DNA from: Tubiluchus corallicola
Lineage: Eukaryota; Animalia; Priapulida
Direction: 5' to 3'
Length of the DNA stretch: 64,000 nt
Assembly (NCBI GenBank): GCA_030141605.1
Contig: JAQGDQ010000154.1
Coordinates: 186,001-250,000 of the forward strand
Shown: positions 13,125-25,807 of the stretch, piece after piece
Layout of the letters: each line of letters begins with the position of its first letter
Numbering within the stretch: the first letter of the stretch is position 1
Program-made: the position numbers and the translations under genes
The notes under the pieces: model-generated
What the model saw: the letters and a program-made list of their open reading frames with translations, nothing else
Told to the model about the DNA's origin: nothing
Databases searched by the model: none

Positions 13125-15839
13125 CTGAAAGAAAAAATGTCCAGTGACGAAAGAGCGCAAATTATAGTACGAAAGAAGAAAGATACATATACTCATATCT
13201 CGGTTTGCCGGACGAAAGCAGGGAGACTGTGGAACAAATTTTCTGAGTGTACGTATTTATCAATATTAAGCTAATACAGTAGGCGCCGTGTGTTAGACTC
13301 ATGGGAATGCAGACTGTAGAATCAATCACCCAATTGTCCCAAAAACGTCTAGTCCGTGCTGCTCCTATGCTAAAGTATATAAAAACTGACTTATATAACT
13401 CCGCATAACTTAATTTTTATTATTTTTATGTCGTCTCATTTCGCTTTTGTGCACTGTCGCCTTACACACTGCTTGGTTACACTGATGTAATGATGTAAAC
13501 AATGTAACAGCCCGCCAACTAGCGGTCAGCTCGCAAAACTAGCTGTGTCATGCGGGACTTTTAGCGGTCCAGATTTTGTTCGATTTTTTTTCAATATCCG
13601 TAATAGCGATGTCTGGCAAACTGAGCTATGACTATGAGTGTGGATATTTCTAACTTTCTGTACACATACCAAGTCCATCTTCAACATCAAAATTATAATT
13701 CTTAAGTAAATATAAAACAAGTCATGTAGAAATCAGCGCATTATTATTCTTTTCTATATATTTACTTTTTGCAACATTAATGTCCAGAACTATATGATCA
13801 CGTTGTTTAATCCACTGTTAATTAACTGAGAACCAGGCAAATCTTTAAAAATGTAGGCCATCAATAGAAAAATGAAAAACAATCAAGTATCATTACTTTA
13901 TTATTCTGAGTGTTGGGAATTAATATGAATTTGCTACATGGCTACTGACTATTTATTAGTATTAGCAAACTAACACCTTGTTTCTAACAAGAAGTTCTTA
14001 TAAGCAGCCTGCACATTGAAAAAAAAGACCAAACAGCCAAAAAGAGAGTTCACAATTCAAGTAGCGTTATATACTGTTGAACTCAAAAATTCAAATTAAA
14101 ATTCAAAACACTTATTTCACAACAAAAGCCAGATTCCACAAACACCACTTTGCACTAACTAACTAAACACAGCCACTTTAATAAGTTGGATGCCAATTTA
14201 GAAACTGAAGCAAATCATCTAAATGCATTTACAATTTATAAAAAAAATAGACAAAGTTGTAATGCCTGGCTTACTAAAGATAGATTACATACTTTGTACA
14301 AAAAACACTAAAATCAATTTTTCCCAGATAATTAATTGATGACTGTTGGTATTGCAATACCCTTAAGTCTTGGTAGCTTCTTGGTGGCAAAGAATCAAAT
14401 TATCAAATACATTTTTTTGTTAACTTGAGCATCTAAGATGCAATTGGTTTTTGCAATATTTTTTAAAAAGCAACTTTAAAATTAGCTGGTCTGCTCCTTT
14501 AAAAAAGTATCGGGCTTGTTGCCAGAACCTGTTCGGCCATGTAATCATAAACAAAAACAAAACAAAACAGTCTTAAGGCAGTAAAAAAGGCTTATAAGTA
14601 ACGGGATTGCTACTTTCAGTCACGCTGGCAAAGGCAATTTTATTTTTTCTAATTCGAATTAATTGGTTACTATTGGAAATACAGTTGAACCACTGCAGCA
14701 CTAGGCTAACATTTTGTTAGCTCTTATTTGAATACTATCTGAATACTTGGCCCTTAGGCCCATTTCACACAGAAGATGCAAGTAAAGTGACAGTAAAAAA
14801 TCAGATTTTTTGCTATTAACCCATGCAGCAAAAAAATTCATTTCACACGCAGTATTTTTACTCCTATCTAACTAGTCCTGGTATCATTAAGTGCTTTTAC
14901 AAGTTTCAATTCATACAAGTAACATTTAAAAAGTTTAAAAAATAGGTTTATTCATTTTTAGAGTTACCAAAATCACTTCACATTTTGAAAACTATGGCAT
15001 AGTTCTGACATAGTTATGTGATAATTTCACATATTGCACATATTATTTGTTCATTTTCATGAATATAACTATCACTGTTGCTCTAATGAAAAAATTAAAG
15101 ATAAATTAAAAACATAATTTTATGCTTAATTGCATTAATAGTTGTTCGTTAAGTAGGGGAGAAGTAATTAAACAGTTAAATTTCAATGTGAATTTCAGTG
15201 TCTTTGCATAGTTGCAATTTACACAAAATATAGTTGATAGGTTTGATCAATGGTTTGTTTTCATCAATATAACCATCACCCATGCTTATAAAAAAAACTG
15301 TTCATATGGTAAAAGATAGATTAAGAACTTATAATTTTTACTGAAATGCGCTAATTGTTGTTGCCAAATTAGAAAGAAGCAATTGTACACTTAAATTTTA
15401 ATGTGAATTCTGCGATGAACATGTTGTAATTCTACCAAGTGCCAAAATTCTTCACATAGAATGTATAACTTCCAGCTAAAAATGAATGAGGCATCAGCGT
15501 GTTATGAACTATAGAAAGTAATGTGTTCTATTTATAGAAGGGAAGGCCACAAGGAACATCTCCTCGAGGAATTTTGCTATACGTTTTCTATATGAAATGG
15601 GCCTTAAACTTGAATCGATGGGTACAAGTTTGTAAAAATCAATGTTGACACTTTTGGTCCAATTAAACATTGCCTGTGTATATGTCCCAAGAAACCCTAA
15701 CCTAAGTAACAATAACAAAGACTGCATTAAGCCTATTATGCGAAAACCACCTAAATTGCGCGGAAACAACGTAAATTATAAACGTTCTTATTCAAGTTTA
15801 CTGTGCACAGTTGTTAGAACAAATTATAGGCCTACTTAC

Positions 15840-15980
15840 AATATAACCACTGTCGCCTTTTAAAGCATGTGGGTTTTCTAATTGTCGTCTGAATTCATGC
15901 TTAAGTTTTGCACGGATTGCCGCTCGTTCTTTAATGGACCGAATCTGACGAGTTGTTAAATCGTACTGCTCGTCTGCCAT
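15840..15980 (-). CDS. NDUFB4: NDUFB4 exon 1
   Basis: MADEQYDLTTRQIRSIKERAAIRAKLKHEFRRQLENPHALKGDSGYI|gtaagt; ERxAxRxxLKxE...NP motif; the spliced product is 117 aa. Confidence 0.94.
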
Positions 15981-17476
15981 ATTTTTTACAAGTAATAAAT
16001 TTCAGCGTATTTAAAGCATCGCGTGATTAATAAAATTTAAAGGACGAAATTAACAGCTAGGTTAGTCTTTCTGCGGAATACAAAGTGAAAGCTAACCGTA
16101 ATCTTCACAACATTTAGCAGTCCAGGTTCTATTCAGGTCGCTTTGTTTAACAATCGCCGAGCTAAGCACTTGCACCTAGCTGAGTTTTCGTCTATACAAA
16201 AGCAGACTTAGAAGAAACTTGTATGTTTAATTCTTTTAGCTCAGCTTTCAAATTCATTCGTAAGAAAACTTACTGGAAAATAGTAACAAAAAGGCAGGTG
16301 CAGTGGGTAGGAAAGAATCAGGTAACAAAAACTATAGGCATAAGTGATAATTAAGCACACATTAGACTGCACTTTTTGTAATATGGCGTCAGCCATTTGT
16401 ATAATGTTCAATAACTATTACAGCTTAATATTTTGTATAGACGAAAGAACGACTCAAATATACAGTATAAAAAAAATGTGGTCTGTGCATCACTAGTATT
16501 GACTTTATTTAAAGGACAAGAAAACTCTCTTTATAAACCAAAGTTAAAATTTCGTCTTGAAATTTTGTAATCATTTATATGCACACTTATTGCATGCAGA
16601 GCTTACGTTAGCAGTAACCTTGTATGAAGCTTGTAAATTTAAACTCCACACCGTCCGTTTAATGGTAAGTAATTTAAAACATGTTTAGAAGACGATGCGT
16701 AAAGTTTGAAAAACTAATCAGAGTATTCGTAGCATACTGTTCGCTAACTAAACAAAAGTTTAAATCGCTTTACATTGTCAGTAAGATCAATAATGTTTTT
16801 TGATGAATCAGTGGTGCACGCCGAGATGGTGATACAATGGGGTTTTATCAGGTGGCACGAACATTTTAAATTATTAAGAATTTTCTTTTCCTTAGATAAG
16901 TATTTCAAATTGGTAAGTCAAATTCAGAGTAGAATAGCTTTGTGTGGACTCTTCTTGACATACTGGGATCTTTAAATTTCCATTTTGTTCCCCCTTAAAG
17001 GTCGATTTTAAACTCACCAGAAACTGCCCGGCACAAAACCTTTATCGTCGACTTTAAAGAACAAATTTCAGTTACAGAACAATGATTATTATTACTCCAT
17101 TTTATCCTTTATACCCGGGAGGCTTAGAGTAGGTAAATCTTTGAATAAAAAACGAAAAAAAACTTAAGAATTTCGTAGAATCAATAAAAGAAAGGCACAG
17201 GCTCACAGAGACAAATATAAAATTTACTTAATGACTTTTTTGACGAAAGTAAATTAAATTCATAAAATTTGCCACAGATACAATAGGAATAGGAATCATC
17301 GTACTAAATGGAGCCGTGATTTTTATGAATACAGTAATAGTTATAATATTTTTGGTTAGCCATACATTAATAATTACAATTGCGTAATCATTATGACGTC
17401 ATAAAATCTTTACGCTGTTAAGTTTACTACCTCAGTTTTACACTCAACAAAATCAGTCTGTAAGTACTGAAATGAA

Positions 17477-17880
17477 CAGGGCCTATTTCAAGGGGGGGGG
17501 AAGTGGGGATACTTCCCCGGGGCCTCACCCTCCAGGGGGGCCTCGCGCCAAGGTAACAATTTTTTTGCTTTATGCGAACATACTGCCTCCTCTCTCTCTC
17601 TCTCTCTCTCTTGCCGCAGGCGCGCCGTTTGCCAGCATTGACAAGTATTGAGGACTGGTCTTGAGAATAAAGCAGTTTTTCTTTCAATTGTTCTTTCCTT
17701 TAACAACTGTATAACTCCATATTTTCACTTCGAAAATGCTTCTCCGGCGTTCTAGCAGTTCAAAAATTTTCTGGCCGCCAACCACGGTAGCGCCTGCCCC
17801 TCTGCGCTTACACCCTCCCCCCCCATGGGGCCTCACATGCCCCACTCCCCCGGGCCTCGTCTAGGCTGAAATAGGCCCTG
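17477..17880. mobile_element. non-autonomous DNA transposon (MITE), hAT-like termini
   Basis: Perfect 14-bp TIR cagggcctatttca / tgaaataggccctg; subterminal gggcctc repeats at both ends; no coding capacity; no 8-bp TSD retained. Confidence 0.75.
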
Positions 17881-18670
17881 TGTGCAGTAGCATTAAAATT
17901 TACGTAGGACCAGATGTGCAAGACGAAAGAATCGAAACGAGATACGAACTGAGAGAATTTGATTTGATTTGAGTTGATTTAATCTTTTATTTCAAACTGA
18001 AGCTCATATTATAATTGACGTATATACAACATTATATAAAAAGAAAAATCAATACAAAAAAATCACACACTTACACAAAAACAAAAACTACAATAAAAAT
18101 GATTTGTTACAATAATAAAGAAAATGGGGAGAGGAAAGGAGAGGTGGAGAGAGGAGAGGAGAGGAGAAGACCTAAGATAAAATAAAGTAAGACAAGACAA
18201 ATTTCATTTAAACTCGATTTTCTGCATAAATATTGCAAACAATTAAAAGCGTTTAATCTACTATACATACAAAAATCAAACAAAAAACCAGTAAACAATA
18301 CAATTAACCTGTTAACTGTTTATTAAACTTAGTTTCCATTATAATGAAAGAAAATACAAAAAAACTTCTGTTTTAACGTTCACGTAGATCTGCTTTGAAA
18401 TATATTATGCTATTTAACCCATAGTTGGGGTATGGAATGGTGAGTGCCTTTCAGCACTGCACCTCTGGGGTTCCATACTGCTCCGAGATCCCCTGCTGAT
18501 TAGCCTGCTCCTGTAATGGGGCAGTTACCAGCTCGCACCTCGTGGAGGTTACGCAGGAGTCTTGGGTGTGGAGTCTACAGTTGGCTTTAGTAGGCAATTA
18601 CGCCTAACGCATCATACACCCCTGTAGTGCACGCACTACCACGAGCCAGGCCCCCTCCCCCCGAGGCACC

Positions 18671-19172
18671 TTACGGAGCTCTGACAGTCCAATAATGGCT
18701 GTCCTGACCAGAGCCCAGATTTCCTTCCGCTGAACCCCACCTATCAACTTACGGGGCTCTGACAGTCCAATAGTGGCTGTCCTGACCAGAGCCCAGATTT
18801 CCGCCCAACCCCACCTACCAACTTACGGGGCTCTGACAGTCCAATAGTGGCTGTCCTGACCAGAGCCCAGATTTCCTTCCGCTCAACCCCACCTACCAAC
18901 TTACGGGGCTCTGACAGTCCAATATTGGCTGTCCTGACCAGAGCCCAGATTTCCTTCCGCTCAACCCCACCTACCAACTTACGGGGCTCAGACAGTCCAA
19001 TAGTGGCTGTCCTGACCAGAGCCCAGATTTCCGCTCAACCCCACCTATCAACTTACGGGGCTCTGACAGTCCAATAGTGGCTGTCCTGACCAGAGCCCAG
19101 ATTTCCGCTCAACCCCGCCTACCAACTGGGCTCTGACAGTCCAATAGTGGTTGTCCTGACCAGAGCCCAGAT
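18671..19172. repeat. 7 x 74-78 bp GC-rich tandem repeat with internal hairpin
   Basis: Unit ttacggggctctgacagtccaatagtggctgtcctgaccagagcccagatttcc(ttcc)gctcaaccccacctaccaac starts at 18671, 18749, 18823, 18901, 18979, 19053 and ~19128 (partial). Confidence 0.95.
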
Positions 19173-19604
19173 GTGAGAGCATGGTACGGTAAGGTTAGTA
19201 CTTAAGAATGACATTCAGCACTCAACCAGAGGGAGACCCATGCTACTCGAGCTTCCAAGACGAACCGCCCCCAAGGTTGTCCCGGAAGACTCTCCCTCAC
19301 CACTACAACGCGTGGAGGTCCCAGATGACGAATGGACTGAGGGCATAGGAGCGACGCGCCCCCGGGTCCTAGACCATATGGTCCGGATCCTCCAGCGTCT
19401 AGGCACCGGTTGGTCCTCACTGCGCTCGCGGTTGCACAAGAAACTAAAACACCTCATGGTAGCCCACTAAAAACGCACAAAATGACTCGCAGATAATAAA
19501 AATAATAATACACTGTATATCGCTCTTCTCGCACCGAAAGCAAAGAAGAAATGAGGCCGAACAAAGGCTGACATCTATCACGTCACTGCAAGAAAGAAGA
19601 ACAA

Positions 19605-19622
19605 TCGTTGCCAAGGCAACGA
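19605..19622. promoter_or_regulatory. RFX X-box-like palindrome
   Basis: tcGTTGCCAAGGCAACga fits the RFX consensus; a second half-site ccatggtaac (~19693) and CRE-like tgacgtaa/tgacgca lie nearby. Confidence 0.35.
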
Positions 19623-22186
19623 CTGTTATCTTCATATGAATGACGTAATGTGTCATGACGCACTTTCAGGAGATGATGATGCAGACTAATTCCCATGGTA
19701 ACGAGTATAGAATTATTCTTCTAAAATGAGCAAGGAAAATAAAACGCGCCATTTGTGTACAGACTACCTGATGGTAGTCCAGTGAAGAAGTAGCTATTCA
19801 ACAAACCAGTTGAACAGAGGTGAACAAAATAATGTCCCTGGATGCATGAAGATTTCTAAAATTCTTTTTACTCGCGATCTGTCAATTTACAACAGGTAGA
19901 TAACGAAATATAGATAAAGAATTGAAGATAGTCATAAGAAATACAATTTTGGTAATTTTTCTAGTTTGTTATAGTATTTGAAATTAGTCTGATAAATGTC
20001 ATAAGTATGTTTATTGATGAAAAAAAAATGATGTCGTAAATGGATTTTATTAAGTAGTAAGGTAAAGCGGGGGTAACATTGATACTTCGACACTTTGTAA
20101 AAAAGTGATTTTTGGTTTATTAATTTAATTGCATTTTTATGTTGCTAGATAGGAAACTTGCTTCATTAACAACATTGATTGTGGCACTTACTTTATTACT
20201 CCGTTTTTAATATCATAAATAATGCATATACGCATATACATTGACATGTTTTAGACCTTCGGAAAAAGTTTAGTTTATCTAATTACAAACTTTCAGATGA
20301 AAGGCTGTTTTTGCTTGACAGTCGAAATTGTTGAATTTACCTATCTAATTGCAAGGTGTCCTTTGCTAATTCTCCATTGAAAATCCTTTATTAAATCCCA
20401 CTTCACACTGAGTGTTACAACTGTAAAATGGTCAGAATTGCCCAAAATACCATGCCAACGCCAATTCAAAATAAGTGTTGCTTCATTTCCAGTGGATTAT
20501 TAGTTTAATGTTAATATAATATGCATATAATTGGATTCTCTGAAGTCTAAATAATGTTATACGCATCATGAAAAAAGCTAATTACAGAATGCTTAACATG
20601 TAATGTTGTATAATTCACTCTATCTAGTGTGTATGTGAAACTGTTTAAATCTGTACAGAAAATTTTCCCTGCAAAGAGAGAATAATAAAGACTTATCATC
20701 ATCATCTTCAGATCTGGAAGATCAAGTACAAGTAAGCTAAGATCTAACTGATTAATAAAATTTGTCGTCTATTCAGTGCTACAAATAAAATTCATGATGT
20801 GGTAAAACTTTATTTATTGTTTTTTATTTATATCTTTATTTCTGCACAAAAAGTACCATATAAAAGAACGTACATTACAGGGACAAAAAACGTATTTATA
20901 ATTACTAGTAAAATATGCATATGTTGTCACATATATATATGGTCATACAGAAAACAGTGTACTGAACACCTTTCAGGCAAAATGTAAGTTTCTGTTGAAG
21001 CCAAGTTATGCATCTGGCCTGTATAAAAGCGGTCGTCTCTGCTCTTTTGTTGGTCCAGTTACTGTAATACACGGTGTGAACTGCATTTCATCATTATTTT
21101 GGAATCTGCTTCACGTAATTTGCCAATAATGGTATCGTTTTTCTCACACATCATTCTGTTGTTTCGTGGATAGATGTCAGAAGAGTTATAGACTGCTTGG
21201 CCTCCGTATCTGCTGGTTCCGAACCAACTTGGGTAGTTTTAGACCTTGTCGGCGAGGTACCGCCAGCAGTTCAATATTTAGATGCCATGAACCTGTAAAA
21301 GTTCTTACTTTTGTTTGCTCTTAAAATGTGGGACTTTATAAGCTATTAGACTGAAGGTTTTTTGTATCTAAAGGAAGTTTACGAAAAGCATATTAGTATG
21401 TGAAAAGGCTTATAGTAATACTTTCACCACCATACGTTTTCGTATCTCCAAAAGCCAATTATATGGCTTTTGAAAAAAATATGTAATGCAATACGTGTTA
21501 CATTAGTTTTGTACTGTCAAATGTATAAATAGTGCAAATGTAATTAGTGAAATTTATGTAATGTAAAGCATTTTTCTGTTAATTGTGCCATGTCAAATGT
21601 ATATTGTGTAAAAAATATCATGTAAAATTTAATGTACTTTAATGTAATTTAATGTAAAAATATTTTAATATGGTGTTTGTAAATATGTTCATTTATTGTA
21701 TATAATTAGGCCTTAGTTTTGCACTTTAGTTTTTTTTAATATGCACTGGACGCATTTGTCTTGAACAGTGTTGTTATTTTAACATTACGCTGAGGCTTAC
21801 TCAATTTTATTATAATGAGTGAACCATTTTAATGACAAAAAAGAATTAATATATATATATATATATATGGCGAAAACAGAATCCAAACTCAGCCCTATCC
21901 TAATTATAATCATTTTGTAATTGAGACAACATAGTTTATTATAATGCTTAAAAGACACGCCTGTACACGGGGGTAGTAATCCCAAGGATAATTCCCGCCA
22001 GAACAATCCGAGGAAGAAGGGGGGGGGGGAGAAGAAACTGAAATTTTTTAAAGATGGGAAACTGTTATTGATTTCTACTACTGTTATTGTTGTTGTTGTT
22101 GTTGCTGTTGCTGCTGCTCTTGTTGTCATTGTCATTATAGTTGCTGATGTCACTGTTGTAGTTACTGTCATTGTAAATAACCTTGA

Positions 22187-22737
22187 TACAGAAAAAACAG
22201 TCCGGACGATTGTTTAGGCTCAATCTCGTTTTAATTTACTGTCCAAAATATACATTTTTTGCATATAAAAGTTCGCAATTGTTTCTTATATTTGAATAAT
22301 TAGCTTACAAGTTAATTAACAGCAACCGAACGCAGCTATTGCTTACGTCAGAAACTAACCACAGTTTATGCAATGGTAGGCATCTTCCTTGCGCGTCAAG
22401 CACGTTTGCGTAAGTGTTACTGCTTAAACGTATGATGTCACGAAAATGGGCTCTACATCATGTGACGTCAGAAATTAACACTGCAGTTCATAATCATGCT
22501 TATCACTGTACTGCCTTCTATTTGTCGGCTACGCGAATACGACAAAAAGGCGCCGCTGCCAATCTTAGTAAATTCACTGAGCCGCGCGGAGCTTTGAAAG
22601 TTTAACGAAATTTGAGTATCCAGTGTAATTATTATTTAATCCAACCTTTGATTTAAAAAAAGCTTTCGTAATTTTCACTATTTTAGAGCGTTCTTTATTC
22701 TGAACTCGTGCTCACACAATCGTCCGGTTTTCCTCTA
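22187..22737. mobile_element. putative MITE
   Basis: Imperfect TIRs with a perfect 12-bp core ccggacgattgt (22202) / acaatcgtccgg (22716); non-coding interior. Confidence 0.55.
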
Positions 22738-22917
22738 ATTAATTATTTTGGAGTTGAATAAAATAGCGCACAGTACAGACTGAAAAATATTACGTAAAAA
22801 TATATTTCGAATATACACGCTAGTACATATAATTTAGTAACTATTACACTTTACGCTAATCTCAAAAACTATGATAGCCCCCCGTAATAAAAATAAAAAA
22901 TAAATAAAAACTAGTTT

Positions 22918-23097
22918 CTAGGCGTTTTTATTAGATTTTTCTAATGCTTCATAGGTGGCGTTGATCAAAAGAACAAATCGCTGGTCGGCGAAACTATTAT
23001 GTATGCCGTTCGTTACGTAAGAGAAGATGAGATCACGACTGACGTCAGAATATGTTCCTTGAATCCCCAAACCAAGTGAACCAATCAGAGGTTTTCC
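22918..23097 (-). pseudogene. serine beta-lactamase-family (LACTB-like/esterase) terminal exon, orphan
   Basis: tttcag|GKPLIGSLGLGIQGTYSDVSRDLIFSYVTNGIHNSFADQRFVLLINATYEALEKSNKNA*; resembles the family C-terminus GHxGxGGxxxxADxxxxLxFxYxxN...DxRxxxLxxAxY. Confidence 0.6.
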
Positions 23098-23324
23098 CTG
23101 AAACAAAACAAAACCATTAGGTAGATAGTAAACGAGAGAAGGGGAGATTTGATTCGATTCAATTTAACTTTAACAAAAAATACATGAAAGAGGGAGAAAA
23201 TGTAAGCAAAAGAGAGAGCGAGGGAGACAGAAGGGAGAAAGCGAGTATGGCACGCATGAGAGAAGAGAGAGAAAGAGGGAGGAGAGAAACAAAAAGATAG
23301 ACAGAGAGAGATAGGACGGAGGAA

Positions 23325-23356
<32 letters not shown>

Positions 23357-23465
23357 ACATTTGTTAATACTGTCTACTAAAACTAAAATAAACAATAGCA
23401 AAAATGATAAATAATAGCTGGGTACTTTTCCATCTGACGTAGAAGCCACGGATGTTTTCACTTAC

Positions 23466-23573
23466 ATCTGTATCATTGAATTTCCACCCGTACAGGAATC
23501 CACCTTTGGTGAATCTTGTTGGAAACATGTCTTCCATCAGAATATCTGGACCGTCATACAATTTCTCTAACAT
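23466..23573 (-). pseudogene. beta-lactamase-family penultimate exon, orphan
   Basis: 108-nt phase 0-0 exon (ttttag/gtaagt), MLEKLYDGPDILMEDMFPTRFTKGGFLYGWKFNDTD, splices in frame to 23097; fits GxDxxL...FxxGF. No intact upstream exons found. Confidence 0.55.
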
Positions 23574-24008
23574 CTAAAATGGAAAAAAGCGCTATGAACA
23601 AAATTGAAAATTTTTCAGTCGCTTACACACTCAAATGAATACCGGTATTATGAAATTCTAAGGGTCTGTTGACATTAGAGCAAAACCTACATTCACATAT
23701 AGCTGAGGAAGCGTTTGAATGCGCATTGCACTGATCTCGAATATGTTCTGGAGGCGTTGTGCTCGAAAAGAGCCTTTACTTTCTATAGCCGTTCCACCTG
23801 GCTACCGTATTTGGTCGGGAAAGTTTCGTCCACAACTTGTAAATGCGCGGTCACATCTTCGTGATTTGGCCAAATTTCGTTACCGTTTTCGTCTGTGGCT
23901 TTCTTCCTATAAAATGTAAGATATTAGAGTTAATCATACTTACTTTTAGCATGTTTTATTGTTAACAGTATAAAATCAAATAAAAAATCACTGCCTCTCT
24001 CACTCTCT

Positions 24009-24373
<365 letters not shown>

Positions 24374-25699
24374 CCTCTGCCTGTCAATCGTTTCCCCCTT
24401 GTCTCTTTCTTAGTTCTTTCGTAGTTCTAGGATAGACGAAATGGCCTAGAACTTCTCCTGACAATCGTCCATCAAATTGTTGAAATGGCTCGGGCCTTCT
24501 TAACTTTGGCCGCTACACATACCATAACAGCTTGGCTATTTCTCTCGTTGAGAATATAGTACGTAAAAATATTCAAAGAATTAGTATAGAATATATGAAA
24601 ACGTACTGATAATCATCGCAAACTATGTATAATCTTTATTTATTTAAAGTGTTAATTTTTTTTATAATCATATACATGACAAAGAACAAAGATCGAGACC
24701 ATGGTTCATCATTTCAGTCAGAGACGAGTTTTAATAATGTGCATCTAAGCAACTCTATTAATAAGTTAATTACTTCACTCACATCGCTGTATATTTTTTT
24801 GAAGTATAAGCTCACGTTGTTAAATATAATTTATTGTAATAACTCCGCGAAATTGGTGGTTACATTTCAGACTTGACAGCACACAAGGTATGGTATGTAG
24901 TGAATTTAGAAAGGAAAGAAAAGAAAAGGAAAAGAAAGAACAAACATGACAAAGAAGCATTACACAGCTAAAAAATTCACAAAGGCGATACAGTATTCAT
25001 TGTTAGCTTCATATGCATACTGTTAGCTTATAATTATATTATAGTCAGAAGAAGCATTTTATTGTTGTGCAGGAAGTAGGTAACCTTAGTGAGAAAAAAA
25101 CTGGGCTATGGAAAAACGCGTGTTAGTATTTGAAAGATGCTGAGCAAATAATGTCGCTTTAATGATGCTGATGTGTGCACAATATCCGTTTGTGTTTCTG
25201 GATTCAAGGAGGTCTAATTTCTTATACAAATAACTTTCACTGTACGCTAAAGAGTGTTGCACAGAATGTTATGCGGAAAATTCATCCCTGAAATCAAGTC
25301 ACTTTTGTACTTTTGTTGCTAAAACTTTCCATTGGATTTAGTTATGCAGAGGAAAGTGAAAAAATTATAAAAAATTCACAGGTATCAACGAACAATATAT
25401 ATATATATATATATACAACATATATGAGTTTATTCGCACATTTTACATATTATAACTTCTACATATTACATATTATACATTATATATTATGAATATTATA
25501 GCAATTCATCAATATTTGTTAGTAATAATTTACAAGAGTATTTACATTAGTTAGTTATAATATAATACAAAATTTGACGAATTTCTTTGTACATTTTGTT
25601 AAAAGAACATTAAAATTTTAATGTACGTAAATCAAAGCAAAGATGGCAGTTAAGCTTTGGTCTATTCCCTTTGGTCATTCTAAAGTTGTTTTGTAGAAC

Positions 25700-25807
25700 A
25701 ATTACGTAAGCTTTTAATAGTGATTTTGCTTATGCAATTCCGTAAACTTTTAATAATGATTTTGCTTATGTAATTACGTAAGCTTTTAATAATGATTTTG
25801 CTTATGT
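25700..25807. repeat. ~37-bp x3 tandem repeat
   Basis: aattacgtaagcttttaata(g/a)tgattttgcttatg repeated three times. Confidence 0.85.

Noticed and set aside
18671-19172. CRISPR-like array or hammerhead retrozyme
   Set aside because: The linkers between hairpins are near-identical rather than unique spacers, there are no cas genes, the context is eukaryotic, and no CTGANGA/GAAA hammerhead core is present.
21270-21292. In-frame TGA as selenocysteine
   Set aside because: No selenoprotein-like context or visible SECIS, and the frame closes again soon after.
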